DNA of 64,000 bases from Chitinophagales bacterium. GTDB lineage: Bacteria; Bacteroidota; Bacteroidia; Chitinophagales; CAVYQA01. The translations under genes were made by a program, and so were the position numbers. Positions 24,255-37,100 of this stretch are shown piece by piece. The notes under the pieces are model-generated. The model had not been told where the DNA came from and searched no databases. It saw nothing but the letters and a program-made list of their open reading frames with translations. Positions within the stretch are counted from its first letter, which is position 1, and every line of letters begins with the position of its first letter. The stretch lies in contig CAVYQA010000015.1 in the NCBI GenBank assembly GCA_963770495.1, positions 43,914-107,913 on the forward strand, in the 5' to 3' direction.

Positions 24255-25256
24255 CTATAATCCATACCTGCTTGAAAGCTCTAACATTCTATCTATCGGC
24301 AATCGCGCCTTATCCATTATCTCATTAGACAGTATTATTTCAGGGGTTTCATTTTTTAGCGCCAGGTAAATATTTTCTAGGGTATTTTTTTTCATATAGG
24401 GGCATTCGTTGCAAGCCTCGCAAACGGTGTAAGAGGGTCCAGCAATAAATTTCTTTTGAGGGCTTGCTAATTGCATTTGATATAATATTCCTAATTCCGT
24501 TGCCACGATAAATTCATTTGCGGAGTTCAATTGGGTGTATTTTAGAAGCGCTGATGTTGAACCGATAAAATCGGCAAGCTCCAAAACTGTTTTTTCGCAT
24601 TCGGGATGAGCAATAACTTTTGCCCCAGGATTGCCGGCTTTAAGCGCTAAAATTTTTTCTCTTGAGAAAGATTCATGAACAATGCAAGATCCATCCCACA
24701 ATACCATCTCTCTCCCGGTTTTATTTATCAGGTAGTTGCCCAGGTTTTTATCAGGCGCAAAAATTATTTTTTTATTTTCAGGAATTGACTTAACAACCAT
24801 CTCGGCGTTTGAGGAGGTGCAAATAATATCACTCATCGCTTTAATTTCCGCCGAACAATTAACATAGCTTACAACAACATGCCCGGGGTGTTCATTTATA
24901 AATTCCCTGAATTTTTCAGGCAGACAACTATCAGCCAGTGAGCAACCGGCCTCCAAAGTGGGAATAAGAACTTTTTTTTGGGGAGAAAGAATTTTAGCGG
25001 TCTCCGCCATGAAATGAACGCCTGCAAAAAGAATAATATCGGCGCTTGTTTTAGCTGCCTGCTGTGATAAGCCTAAACTATCGCCCAGATAGTCAGCAAT
25101 GTTTTGAATATCCGGGGTTTGATAATAATGGGCGAGCAAAACAGCATTTTTTTCTTTTTTAATTCTTTTTATTCCCTCGACCAAATTGGCATCATGCTTA
25201 TCTGAATTAAGTAACCGGCTTCTTGTAGCTTTTGCAATTGGCTCAAATGTTGTCAT
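24255..25256 (-). CDS. nadA: Quinolinate synthase
   Basis: LLAHYYQ, GVHFMAET, AGCSLAD, YVNCSA, CIVHE, AHPEC and CPYMK Fe-S motifs. Confidence 0.97.
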   Translation of the reverse strand: MTTFEPIAKATRSRLLNSDKHDANLVEGIKRIKKEKNAVLLAHYYQTPDIQNIADYLGDSLGLSQQAAKTSADIILFAGVHFMAETAKILSPQKKVLIPTLEAGCSLADSCLPEKFREFINEHPGHVVVSYVNCSAEIKAMSDIICTSSNAEMVVKSIPENKKIIFAPDKNLGNYLINKTGREMVLWDGSCIVHESFSREKILALKAGNPGAKVIAHPECEKTVLELADFIGSTSALLKYTQLNSANEFIVATELGILYQMQLASPQKKFIAGPSYTVCEACNECPYMKKNTLENIYLALKNETPEIILSNEIMDKARLPIDRMLELSSRYGL

Positions 25257-25458
25257 AACAATTCTACTTTACCCCTTTTGGTAATTCATTTTTACAAAAT
25301 TAGGTGCTTGATAAGGTTAATTTTATGACGAAAATCATATTTTATAAACGACACTAAATATTTACTTTTGTAAAACTAATAATATACATATCCTGAAATA
25401 CCTATTAATTAACTTATTTAAGATAAAATTTGTTAATCAGGGTAATAATATATAAGCT

Positions 25459-26541
25459 ATGTCAAATAACGTAAGTTCAGTTATCACCGGTAGCGGTGTC
25501 TATATTCCTAATGATTCAGTTAAAAATATTGAATTTTCTAAAAATACCTTTTATGATTCTAATGGCGTTAAGCTGGCACTGCCCAATGAAGAAATAATTC
25601 AGAAATTCACGGATATTTCCGGGATTAAAGAACGAAGATTCATTGATGGAAATATGGTTTCCTCCGATATTGCCTTAATAGCCGCTCATGAAGCTCTTAT
25701 ATCAGCCGGTTGCGACTTTGAAAGTTTAGACTATATTATTTTTGCTCATAATTTCGGAGATATAGGAATTACTAACTACCGAAGTGAATGCGTGCCATCA
25801 CTGGCTGCGAGAATTAAGAACCATCTTAAAATAAAAAACCCTGACACAATTGCTTATGATATTATTTTCGGTTGCGCAGGATGGCTACAGGCACTTATTC
25901 AAGCCGACCAGCATATTCAGGGCGGTTATGCGAAAAAAATATTAGTGGTTGCGGCAGAAACTTTATCGAGAGTATCCGATCCTCATGATCGTGACAGTAT
26001 GCTTTATTCTGATGGCGCCGGAGCTGTTGTTCTTGAAGCAAAATCAAGTAGTGACAAGGAAGGGATTCTTTCTCATTATACTCAATCTTACAGCGATTAT
26101 GCTTTTCTTTTAGAAATGGGTAAATCCAACAATCCGGAGTACAAAGAAAATAATTTGTTTTTAAAAATGCGCGGACGAGCCCTCTATGAACATGCTTTGA
26201 AAATTGTTCCGAAAGTAATTAAAAAGAGTATCGAAAGAGCAAAATTGACTTTATCGGACATCAGCAAACTTCTGATTCACCAGGCGAATTCCAAAATGAT
26301 AACATCAATTTTGGAGCGTTTATTTAAAGAATATGAGGTGGAAACAATTCCGGAAAATTTTATGCCCACAATAATTTCAAAGATGGGTAATAGTTCGGTA
26401 GCCACTTTGCCGACATTGTATAATCTGATTATTAACGGGAAGGTGGAATCGTGCAAAATAAATAAAGGCGATACATTGGTTTTTGCTTCCGTGGGTGCGG
26501 GAATGAATGTTAATTCACTAGTATACAGGGTTCCCGTATAA
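25459..26541 (+). CDS. 3-oxoacyl-ACP synthase III family protein (FabH paralog)
   Basis: Catalytic triad Cys (FGCAGW), His (LIHQAN), Asn (MGNSSVAT); Bacteroidota-type long form. Confidence 0.9.
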   Translation: MSNNVSSVITGSGVYIPNDSVKNIEFSKNTFYDSNGVKLALPNEEIIQKFTDISGIKERRFIDGNMVSSDIALIAAHEALISAGCDFESLDYIIFAHNFGDIGITNYRSECVPSLAARIKNHLKIKNPDTIAYDIIFGCAGWLQALIQADQHIQGGYAKKILVVAAETLSRVSDPHDRDSMLYSDGAGAVVLEAKSSSDKEGILSHYTQSYSDYAFLLEMGKSNNPEYKENNLFLKMRGRALYEHALKIVPKVIKKSIERAKLTLSDISKLLIHQANSKMITSILERLFKEYEVETIPENFMPTIISKMGNSSVATLPTLYNLIINGKVESCKINKGDTLVFASVGAGMNVNSLVYRVPV

Positions 26542-26574
26542 TAGGATAATTTTTATTCTGTTAAAAATCATGAT

Positions 26575-27579
26575 TCATAACCAATTATTAGAAACATACC
26601 AATTAACGGTTTCTTTAATTCCATGTTCAAGATCATAAGAAGGCGAGAATTGCAATTCATCCCTTATTGAACTTATATCACAAAGCCAATTCAAACTGGT
26701 CATTTCATTTATTTTCCCGCTATTAAGAAACGGGAATCGCCCTCCTAGACGGCATATATTTTCAATTATATAAACTCCATTCTTCATCAGAAGAGTTGGA
26801 ACATGAAAAGCAATTGTTCTTTTATTCAATGTTTTTTTTATGTGGAAGCTGAGGTCTTTGTTTTGATAAGACTCCCCGTCCGATATTATGTAAGATTTGT
26901 TTATGGATGGTGATTCTAATATTCTTATTATAATCTTTGTAAGATCTTTAACGTAAATTAAAGAAAGGTGTTGTTTCTTCGGGCTGATATCGGGTTCTAA
27001 ACCTGTTTTCATCATTTTAAAATACGATAGAAAATCCTTGTCGCGGGGACCATACACGGCAGTAGGCTGTATAATGACATAAGGGAAATTATTTTGAGCG
27101 ATAATAAATTCTTCAGCCATCAGCTTGCTTTTGCCGTAAAGCGAAAGCGGGCGCTTCGTGTCATTGGATTTTATAGGTTTCATCGAGACCGGGTCACCGG
27201 GACCATAGGTTGCCAGTGTGCTGAGAAAGATGAATTTTTCCGGCTTGCAGTCGCTATTTTGTAAAGATTCAATGAAATTTTTTGTGTTAATGAAATTCAC
27301 TTTAGTAAAATCCGGTTTGTGCCTGGCTCTTGTGATTCCCGCTCCGTGTATAATGAAATCAAGTTTTCCATTGCTTTTAGTAAATGCAGTAAGCCTTTCT
27401 TCCAAATTATTTTTATTGGAAAAATCCAGTTCAAAAAAATGTAACCTTGGATCGTTTAAAAATTGCCTGTTGCTTGTGCTTCGCACGCCGGCATAAACTT
27501 CATACCCTTTATTAAGGGCTTCTTCAACTAAAAAACTTCCGATAAAGCCACTTGCACCCGTAATGAGAATTTTTTTCAT
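26575..27579 (-). CDS. NAD-dependent epimerase/dehydratase, probable ceramide reductase (CerR-like)
   Basis: TGASGFIG Rossmann motif and YGKSK catalytic motif; last gene of the spt operon. The specific role is inferred from context. Confidence 0.75.
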   Translation of the reverse strand: MKKILITGASGFIGSFLVEEALNKGYEVYAGVRSTSNRQFLNDPRLHFFELDFSNKNNLEERLTAFTKSNGKLDFIIHGAGITRARHKPDFTKVNFINTKNFIESLQNSDCKPEKFIFLSTLATYGPGDPVSMKPIKSNDTKRPLSLYGKSKLMAEEFIIAQNNFPYVIIQPTAVYGPRDKDFLSYFKMMKTGLEPDISPKKQHLSLIYVKDLTKIIIRILESPSINKSYIISDGESYQNKDLSFHIKKTLNKRTIAFHVPTLLMKNGVYIIENICRLGGRFPFLNSGKINEMTSLNWLCDISSIRDELQFSPSYDLEHGIKETVNWYVSNNWL

Positions 27580-28712
27580 GCCGGCTCACTTTCCAAATAT
27601 TTAATATAGCAACGCCGTCTTTTATGACATCTTGCATCATAATAATTCCAAATAGATTGTACTTTAAGGTTATCTTCCAATTCGGGATTTGATTCAGCAA
27701 TTTTTATATCATTTTTAATATAAGATTTCGTTATCTCGCGCATCAAAATGGCATTTACTCCTTTGTCCTGCATATCAGGTCTTATGGCTACCAAATACAT
27801 ATCTGCCATGTTATTCTTTTTTAAAGCTTTCAATATGTGAATAAATCCAAAAGGGAATAACCGTCCGTTGGATTTTTGCAGGGCACGGGATAGAGATGGC
27901 ATTGTGATTCCGAACCCTGCTAACTTCTCGTCCTTGTCCAGGATAATTACTACAAAATCAGTTCGGATAAATGAAAAATACTGCTTTACATAATAACGGA
28001 TTTGTCTTTCGGTTAACAGAACCACGCCATAAAGTTTTTCATAGGTGCTGTTAATAAGGTTAAATACTTCCGTAGTATAGGGTAAAATATCTTTTGCTTT
28101 TTTAGCCCTTACTACTTTTAACCCATATTTCTTTTCGACTATATCCGCTATGCGTTCAACTTTTTCGGGGACTGTCTTTGGGACTTTAATCTGATATTCC
28201 ACCCAATCGGTATCCTTCTTAAATCCACATTCTTCAATCAGTTCCGGGTAATACGGATAATTATAAATTGTGGCGAGTGTGCCCAATTCATTAAATCCTT
28301 CGACAAGCGTTCCTTCATGGTCTAAATCAGTAAAACCAAGAGGACCATGCACTGCCACCATACCGAGTTCTTTTGCCCAGTTCTCTACCTTTGCAAGTAA
28401 AGAGGATGCAACTTCCTTATCCTGAATAAAATCAAACCACCCGAATCGAAGATATTTTTTACCCCATTTTTCAATAAATGAATGATTTAATATAGCAGCA
28501 ATCCTTCCTGCGATTTTCCCGTTTTTATACGCCAGCCAATAATGGACTTCACAATAATCGAATGCCGGATTTTTGTCTGACCTTAATGTACCTAATTCAT
28601 CAAATCGCAACGGCGGCACATAAAAGGGATCGGTAGAATATAGCTTGTAGGGAAAACTGACAAATTTTTTCAATTGCCGCTTCGTTGTTACTTCTTTAAT
28701 TTCTATACTCAT
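27576..28712 (-). CDS. YghO-like GNAT N-acyltransferase, probable bacterial ceramide synthase (bCerS-like)
   Basis: GRIAAILN, RFGWFDF, GPLGFTDLD.EG, YNYPYYP and ELEDN.KV motifs; between spt and the reductase. Confidence 0.78.
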   Translation of the reverse strand: MSIEIKEVTTKRQLKKFVSFPYKLYSTDPFYVPPLRFDELGTLRSDKNPAFDYCEVHYWLAYKNGKIAGRIAAILNHSFIEKWGKKYLRFGWFDFIQDKEVASSLLAKVENWAKELGMVAVHGPLGFTDLDHEGTLVEGFNELGTLATIYNYPYYPELIEECGFKKDTDWVEYQIKVPKTVPEKVERIADIVEKKYGLKVVRAKKAKDILPYTTEVFNLINSTYEKLYGVVLLTERQIRYYVKQYFSFIRTDFVVIILDKDEKLAGFGITMPSLSRALQKSNGRLFPFGFIHILKALKKNNMADMYLVAIRPDMQDKGVNAILMREITKSYIKNDIKIAESNPELEDNLKVQSIWNYYDARCHKRRRCYIKYLESEPA

Positions 28713-28740
28713 AGTTTCAGGTTAAATGTTTTGTAATGAT

Positions 28741-30003
28741 TTATGAGAGAATCTGAAGTTTTTTGGAAATGGAATAAATTTTTTCAATAGCAAAATCAAT
28801 CTGTTGCTTGTCATGAGTTGCCATTAAGCTGAACCGGATGAGCGTTGCATCTTTTGCAACGGCAGGCGCGGTAATAGGGTTAACAAACACCCCTTCATCG
28901 AGCAACATTTTTGATAATTGAAATGTTTTAAGGTCATCACGGATGAGAATTGGAATGATGGGTGAGCGAGTGTTTCCGATATTGAACCCAAGTCGATTCA
29001 GTTCACTAATGGCATGGTGTGTATTATCCCACAATCTTTCTATTCGTTCGGGTTCATATTCAATTATTTTAAGGGCTGCCAGGGCGCTTGCTGCTGCAGA
29101 GGGCAATATACTTGCGCTGAATATCAGGCTGCGGGCATGATGTTTCAGATAATCTATCGTTGCCGTATCGCTTGCAATAAAACCACCAATGGATGCAAGG
29201 GACTTACTGAAAGTTCCCATGATGAGTTCTACTTTATCTGTAACGCCAAAATGCGATGCACTACCCCTGCCATTCACTCCAATTACGCCAAGAGCATGAG
29301 CATCATCCACCATGACCGATGCATTATATTTTTCAGCTAAACACACAATCTCGGGCAGTTTGGCAAAATCGCCATCCATGCTAAAAATACCGTCTACAAC
29401 TATTATTTTGATGCGCTCAGGTGCACATGCGCTTAGTTCTTTTTCCAATGACTCCATATCATTATGCCTGAACTTAAGGGTTTTTGAGAATGACAACCGG
29501 CTGCCTTCAATAATAGAGGCATGATCAAGTTCATCTAAAATGAGATAATCATGGCGTCCAAGAAGTGATGACAACACTCCCAGGTTTGTTTGATAGCCTG
29601 TGCTGAAAACCAGGGCTGCCTCTTTTCCTGTAAAGTCGGCTAATTTTTCTTCAAGTTTAATATGTATATCAAGGGTACCATTGAGGAACCTTGATCCTGC
29701 ACATCCTGTACCGTATTTATTAATTGCTCTCCTGGCTGCGCGTTTTATTTTCGGGTGGTTAGTAAGCCCTAAATAACTGTTCGACCCAAACATTAACACC
29801 GGCTGCCCGTTAATCCATACTGCAGTATCCTGGTCAGACTCTATTATACGGAAATACGGATATAACCCTAATTTTCTCACTTTCTCCGGCGCATCATATT
29901 GAATCATTTTTCTCCTTAACAGCGAATCTGTATTTGATAAATGGTGTTTATCACCCTTTTTTTTCCTTTTTCTCTTAATGAAATGAAATGAAGTTCCAAG
30001 CAT
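28741..30003 (-). CDS. spt: Serine palmitoyltransferase (alpha-oxoamine synthase family)
   Basis: GLYPYFR, MFGSNSYLGLT, YGTGCAGSRFLNGT, DHASIIEG and GTFSKSLASIGG match the Bacteroidota SPT pattern as I recall it. The true start may lie downstream of 30003. Confidence 0.85.
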   Translation of the reverse strand: MLGTSFHFIKRKRKKKGDKHHLSNTDSLLRRKMIQYDAPEKVRKLGLYPYFRIIESDQDTAVWINGQPVLMFGSNSYLGLTNHPKIKRAARRAINKYGTGCAGSRFLNGTLDIHIKLEEKLADFTGKEAALVFSTGYQTNLGVLSSLLGRHDYLILDELDHASIIEGSRLSFSKTLKFRHNDMESLEKELSACAPERIKIIVVDGIFSMDGDFAKLPEIVCLAEKYNASVMVDDAHALGVIGVNGRGSASHFGVTDKVELIMGTFSKSLASIGGFIASDTATIDYLKHHARSLIFSASILPSAAASALAALKIIEYEPERIERLWDNTHHAISELNRLGFNIGNTRSPIIPILIRDDLKTFQLSKMLLDEGVFVNPITAPAVAKDATLIRFSLMATHDKQQIDFAIEKIYSISKKLQILS

Positions 30004-30197
30004 AGTGGTATGATTTATTTATAATTCACTTACAAACGTTGAGTGCCGGTAAAAAAAGTATGACAATTGTCAGGTTATTTGGCAAGCGAAATCAAATTGC
30101 GACAAAAGTATCCACCTGAATTACCATACAACATGATTATGCTCATAAAAAAATATGATTTTAATCATATTGTGATACAAGTAAAAGTATAAATGCT

Positions 30198-30530
30198 ATG
30201 GCTGATAATACACCACAGGTTAAAATATATCCCAATCCATCCAGCGAGGCTACTACAATCAGTTATATACTTTCTGCTGAAGAAAAGGTGACCATAGAAG
30301 TATATAATCTTATAGGACAAAAAATAAGTACCATTATTGATGGAGAGGCGCAAAATGCAGGGGAACATATTTATCAATACCATTGTCCCGCCGCCGGTAT
30401 TTATATTCTGAAAATACAGCAAGGCGGGCAGATTTCTGAAAAGAAACTTGTGCAGATTAAACTAGGAGATATTGTTTCCCTTCAAGATCCCTACTCCTCT
30501 CAGCTTAGGCTATTTCATATTCAACCCTAG
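30198..30530 (+). pseudogene. Orphan T9SS C-terminal sorting domain (gene remnant)
   Basis: KIYPNPS...IEVYNLIGQKI...GIYILKIQQ...KKLVQIK, with no signal peptide or passenger domain and a non-CTD tail. Confidence 0.65.
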
Positions 30531-30699
30531 TGGGATTGCTCATTTTGCTGGAAGCACCTAATATCTCGATGCCAACAATAGAGCATTTGTTTTCTAAATA
30601 TCACTTAATCTATTAATGTTTTTTGCAGACGGGATAAACCAGAACTTTCTGTGTCAAGAGAAAATTGGTTGATTCTCTCCATAGTTATAATCTTTGATC

Positions 30700-30876
30700 T
30701 TACTTCTTTCCCTGCAATTGTCGACCATTTAAAGCATCAGCTTTTGCCGCTTTATGCTGACTGATTTTGCTTTCAGCAAATGAAGGGCTGAGCCAATAGT
30801 CAGCAACCGATGAATTCAATTCAATGGCTTTTAATTTTATGCAACCCAATAATTTTTCCTTATCATATCTTTCCCA
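30700..30876 (-). pseudogene. Degenerate TPR-protein fragment
   Basis: Manual translation KAIELNSSVADYWLSPSFAESKISQHKAAKADALNGRQLQGKK*, a TPR-like helix pair with no start codon. Confidence 0.45.
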
Positions 30877-31038
30877 AGGGATGTATATATTTTCTTTTAC
30901 ATAGAATTATTGTCCATTATTCAATTGTAAGTTCATTAAGCTGTGATTTAACATCCGCTTAACGTTAACTTCATTTTCCGCACCACTTATTTAATAATTA
31001 TTTCATTTGATATTAACTCCGCTGTAATAGTGTCTGTC

Positions 31039-31046
31039 TATTTTCG
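31039..31046 (+). promoter_or_regulatory. Possible -7 box variant for giant fibre gene 2
   Basis: TATTTTCG (one mismatch to TAnnTTTG), about 145 nt upstream of ATG 31192. Confidence 0.35.
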
Positions 31047-31191
31047 CCCCCGCGTTTTACCACCATTTGTCACAAAAAAGACCAATATTTTATACAATTT
31101 AATGATACATGCAGGTTCATATGTTAGTAAATACTATTGTGAATTTTGTGTGTATTTATAGACACATTTTTAAAAAATTAAAAACCAAAAT

Positions 31192-34100
31192 ATGAAAAAT
31201 TTCTATCGCTTACTTATCGTTGTAGCAACTATTACACTAACTTACCTTAGTGTTAATGCTCAAAACGTTGGTATTGGCACTGCTGCACCTGCCCAAAAAT
31301 TAGAAATAGCGGGAACCGCCAATACAATAAGAATAAACGGGCTTAAATCCGGAGGAAATTTTAATACGGCGGCAACATCAAACTCTAATATTCTATATGT
31401 AAATAATGCTACCGGCGATGTATATTCATTACCGTCAGGTGGCATAGGAGCAATTCTTTATATAAATGCTACCGGCGTACCCACCTGGGCAAATACCAAT
31501 ACCATAGCATGGACATTGACAGGCAACGACGGCACGACGGCAGGGACCAACTTTATAGGAACCACGGATGCTACAGATTTAGAATTTAAAACAGGGGTAG
31601 GCGGAGTACTTAGAATGACCATAGGGGGCACCGCACTTGATGGGGGCTATATGGCAATCAATACAGGAATCGTGAATGGTCAGCAATTAACGGTAGCCAC
31701 CCCAAGCTCTTTAGCCAGCAATACCGCAATAGGAATAGAAGGCATAAACACAATACCCACCACAGTGAACACCAGTGGCTACGGGGTAGCAGGCGAAAGC
31801 GGAAGCAATGCAGGCGTGCCGGTCAATGTATCCCTGACGGGCGGTCCGGTATTGAATTTAACAGCAGGCGTGTTTGGCAGTGCGGCAAGAGGACCAGCCG
31901 TACCCACCACCACAGGCTTAACCAGTAACGTAGGCTTTGGTGTGATAGGGATGTTAGGCAGCGCGATGCCCAGCAGTGCGCCGTTCCTGTCCGGAGCAGG
32001 CGTATTGGGAGCCACCAAGACAGGAGGCACAGCGCCCTTTGCAGCCGGCGTTGCAGCGTATTCCAGCGGTGGTGGTTATGGAGTATACTCCAGTGTAACG
32101 GGAGGCGGTATCGGATATTATACAGCAGTAACCGGAGGCAGTAATACCATAGTGCCGGGAGCAGGTAATTTCGGGGTTTATATACTGGGCAATCATAGCA
32201 CCACATCCGGTGTGTATTCGTATATGGGCAGTAAGGGGGTAGCCACCTTGCCCACGGTAGCCTCAGGCGTGTATGCCACCACCGACTCCACCTTAGGACA
32301 GGTATGGGCGCTGGCAGCTAACAATACAAAATCCACCACAGCGCCAACGGGCAACGGCTTATTGGTGTTCGGAACAACAGATGAAGTAGGCACAGTAACC
32401 TTAGGACAAAATACAACAACATATATGACAGGCGGCGTAGCCGCCAATGGTCAATTGGTGTTTGATAATGCCAGCAATGCCTTTACCGCAACCATCAATG
32501 CCAACCCGTCAGCGACGGCAAGCTATAGTTTGGTATTACCCCCGGCACAAGCCACATCAGCCGGACAAGTGTTAACCAATGACGGAGCAGGCAATTTATC
32601 GTGGGCGACAGCAGGCACAGGAGGAGGCGCGATATTATCCAATGGAACAGGCATCAGCGCCTTTAGTTATAATGGCTCAACAGCAACCACAGTAGGCATA
32701 GCTCCCACGGGAATAACACGGGCACGTACGGTTCAGATACGACCGTGCCTGTATATAATGTAAATGCAGAAGGACAGATCACCTCCGTAACAACAGTACG
32801 GATATCATCAGGAGCATTGACGGGCACAGCAGGGGGAGATTTAACAGGCTCGTACCCTGATCCGACCATAGCCAATCTCCAGGGAATACCGGTAACAGCC
32901 TCAGGAGTCAATGCACCGGCCAATGGACAGGTGCTGGAATACAACGGAACCGACTGGATACCCGGTAACCCGAGCGGCTCAGGCACAGTAACTAGCGTTG
33001 GTTTAGCTTTACCTGTAAGCGTATTTAATGTCACCGGCTCACCTGTAACCGGAGTGGGAACACTGACGGGAACCTTAGCCAACCAGAATGCGAACCTGGT
33101 ATTTCCGGGACCTACATCAGGGGCAGCAGGGAGCGCCGACCTTCAGGGCATTGGTAGCAGCGGATTTGCCGTCACTGGCGGGTAATTATATCCAGAACCA
33201 GGGCAGTGCAGCACAGACAGCCAATTTTTATATTACGGGCAATGCGAGCATAGGAACAGCGCCGGTAACCAACCAGCAATTAACAGTAGCTACTCCAAGT
33301 TCTACACTCACAAATTCGGCAATAGGAGTAGAGGGCATAAACAGTATCCCCACCACAATCAACACCAGCGGCTACGGTGTAGTAGGTGAAAGCGGAAGCA
33401 GTGCAGGAGCGCCGGTCAATGTATCTATCACCAACGGACCGCAGTTAAATGTAACAGCGGGCGTGTTGGGCAGTGCGGCAAGAGGCCCTGCAGTACCCAC
33501 CACCACAGGCTTTACCAGTAATGTCGGCTTTGGCGTAGTAGGATTATTAGGCAGCGCCTTACCCAGCAGCACACCGTTCATCTCGGGAGCGGGCGTATTA
33601 GGAGCCACCAAAACAGGCGGTACGGCGCCCTTCGCGGCAGCAGTGGCAGCGTATACCAGCGGCGGTGGTTATGGCTTGTTTACCAATGTAACAGGCGGGG
33701 GATATGGTTTATATGATAATACAACAGGGGGAGGTTATGGCATATACCAAAGCGGCACAGGCGGCGCCTTTGGGTTATATGCATCAGAAACAGGCTCAGC
33801 GGCATTAACAGCGGTAACCAACTCGGTACCACTTGGTACAGGAAATATTGGTGTATTCGTAAATGGTAACTCCAGTTCACTGGCGGGTGTGTATTCCTAT
33901 ATGGGAAGTAAAGGTTATGTAACCGCACCGACCACGGCATCAGCAGTCTATGCGGTGACCGACTCAACAACATCAAGAGTATGGGCGATGACCAGCGAAT
34001 AATACTAAGTCCACTACAGCCCCAACCGGCAACGGGTTATTGGTGTTCGGAACCACCGATGAAGTAGGCACAGTAACCTTAGGACAAAATACAACAACCT

Positions 34101-37100
34101 ATATGACAGGCGGCGTAACCGCCAACGGACAATTGGTATTTGACAATGCCAGCAATGCCTTTACAACAACTATTAATGCCAACCCTGCAGCCACGGCAAG
34201 TTACAATTTGGTACTACCGCCTGCACAGGCAACAGCAGGACAGGTATTGACCAATGACGGAGCGGGTAACTTATACTGGTCCTCAGCCGGAGGCGGAGGA
34301 GGAGCAGCCTTAACCAATGGGACAGGGATCAATACGTTAAATTATAATGGTTCAACAGCAGCCACGGTATCAATAGCCAATACAAGTGTAACACCGGGCA
34401 CGTACGGAGATGGTACAGACGTAGCGCAATTTACCGTTAATCAGCAGGGACAATTAACCTTTGCGGGCACCGTACCCATCACAGGAGGAGTATTAATAGG
34501 TACAGACGGGAGGCGATCTGATGGGGAGTTATCCCAACCCGACGATAGCCTCGATACAGGGATTTCCGGTAACAGCCTCAGGCGCCAATGCCCCCCTAAC
34601 AGGACAAGTATTGGAGTATAACGGAACCGACTGGGTACCGGGCAGTACAAGCGGAACAGGCACAGTAACGAGCGTGGGTCTGGCACTACCGGCAAGCGTG
34701 TTTAATGTAGCAGGCTCGCCTGTAACCGGGGTGGGAACACTGACAGGCTCATTTGCGAACCAGACTGCGAACACCGTGTTTGCAGGACCGGCATCAGGAG
34801 GAGCAGGAGCGCCGACCTTCAGAGCATTGGTAGCAGCCGATCTGCCATCGCTGGCGGGTAATTATATCCAGAATCAAAGCGCAGCATCACAAACAGCGAA
34901 TTTTTGGATAAGCGGCCCGGCAGGCATAGGAGTAGCCACAGCGCCGACGACCACACAGTTATCAGTATTGACCTCCACATCAGGTAATATAGGCATACTG
35001 GGGAACAACAACGTGCCCACCACCACGAGCACCAGCGGCTATGGCGTAGTAGGAGAAAGCGGAAGCAGTACGGGAGCACCAACCAATGTAACCATCACCA
35101 GCGGTCCGGTATTGAATATAACAGCGGGCGTGTTAGGCAGTGCGTCAAGAGGACCGGCAGTGCCCACCACCTCGGGCTTTACCAGTAACGTAGGCTTTGG
35201 CGTAGTAGGCTTATTAGGTAGCGCCTTACCCAGCAGTACACCGTTCATCTCAGGAGCCGGCGTGTTGGGTGCTACCAAGACAGCAGGCACAGCGCCATTC
35301 GCAGCAGGCGTGGCAGCGTATGCCAGCGGCGGCGGTTATGGCGTGTATTCCAGTTCAACGGGAGGCGGCATCGGCATTTATACGGCAGTGACGGGGAAAA
35401 CCAGTACAGTAATACCCGGAGCCGGCAACTTTGGAGTATATGTATTAGGCAATGAGAATACGAGTTCAGGTGTGTATTCACGCATGGGAACAACCTACGG
35501 AGTAGCGCCGCTACCCACGGTAGCCGCATCGATATATGCGACAACAGACTCCACGCTCAAAGTATGGGCACTGGCAGCTAACAATACCAGCAGCACCACG
35601 GCGCCAACCGGCAACGGGTTATTGGTGTTCGGAACCACCGATGAAGTAGGCACAGTAACCTTAGGACAAAATACAACGACGTATATGACAGGCGGCGTAA
35701 CGGCCAACGGTCAGTTGGTATTTGATAATGCAATAAATGCCTTTACGGCAACCATCAATGCCAACCCGTCAGCCACGGCAAGTTACAGTTTGGTACTGCC
35801 ACCTGCGCAAGGTGCAGCAAGCACTGTGTTAACCAATGACGGAGCAGGCAACCTGTCATGGGCAGCAGCAGGAAGTGGAGCATCACTAACCAATGGAACA
35901 GGAATAACTGCATTCACCTATAATGGCAGTGCAGCGGCAACAGTTTCACTAGCCAATACAGCAGTAGTAGCAGGCAGCTATGGTGATGCCAATGATTTTA
36001 CCACCTTTACCGTAAATGCACAGGGACAATTAACGTCAGCAGGCACATTCCCACTGCCAACCTCACTGCCACCCTCAGGAGCAGCAGGCGGGGATTTGAC
36101 AGGTGCCTATCCCAACCCGACAATAAATGACATTCAGGGCATCGGTGTATTAGCATCAGGAGCCAATGCGCCGGTTAGCGGGGATGTGTTGGAATATAAT
36201 GGTACCAATTGGGTACCGGCCACACCGGCAGCCACAGGAGTAACCTCAGTAAGTGCAACAGGACCATTGAGCGTGACCAATCCGACCACCACTCCCAATA
36301 TTTTATTAAGCGGAACAGCGGGCACTATATTATATGGAACAGGAGCTAGTTCAGCCTTTACGTCAGCAGGCACAGCAGGACAGTTATTACAATCCAACGG
36401 AGCGGGAGTTCCAACATGGTCAAGCCCCAATGCAATAGCATGGACATTAACAGGCAATAGCGGCACCACAGCGGGCACCAACTTTATAGGAACAACGGAT
36501 GCGACAGATTTAGAATTTAAAACAGGAGTAGGCGGAGTACTTAGAATGACAATAGGCGGCACCGCAACAGATGGGGGTCTTGTAGGAATAAATATATTGC
36601 CGCAGACGGGGCAGCAATTAACGGTAGCGACGCCAAATACGGCTAACACAGGTATAGCAGGCGTGAACAGCGTGACCACCAGCACGAGTACCAGCGGGTA
36701 TGGCGTAGTAGGCGAAAGCGGCACGGGAGCCGGAGCACCCTATACAGTATCCATCACCAGCGGGTCCGCAATTAAACGTAACCGCAGGCGTGTTAGGCAG
36801 TGCGTCAAGAGGCCTGCGGTGCCCACCACATCAGGCTTTACCAGTAACGTAGGCTTTGGTGTGATCGGGTTATTAGGCAGCGCTATGCCAAGCAGCGTGC
36901 CTTTTTTATCGGGAGCAGGCGTATTGGGCATCACCAAAACAGGCGGCACAGCGCCCTTTGCAGCCGGCGTTGCAGCCTATTCTAGCGGCGGCGGTTACGG
37001 GGTGTATTCAAGTACCACCGGAGGCGGCATCGGCTTTTATACAGCAGTAACCGGGGGCGGTAATACGATAGTACCCGGAGCAGGTAATTTCGGGGTGTAT

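Noticed and set aside
25257-25458. NAD riboswitch or NrtR/NadR operator upstream of nadA
   Set aside because: AT-rich with no convincing stems or palindrome that I could support.
29910-30003. Basic N-terminal extension of Spt (KRKRKKK) as a targeting signal
   Set aside because: Probably untranslated: it comes from A-rich upstream sequence, and a downstream start gives the normal Spt length.
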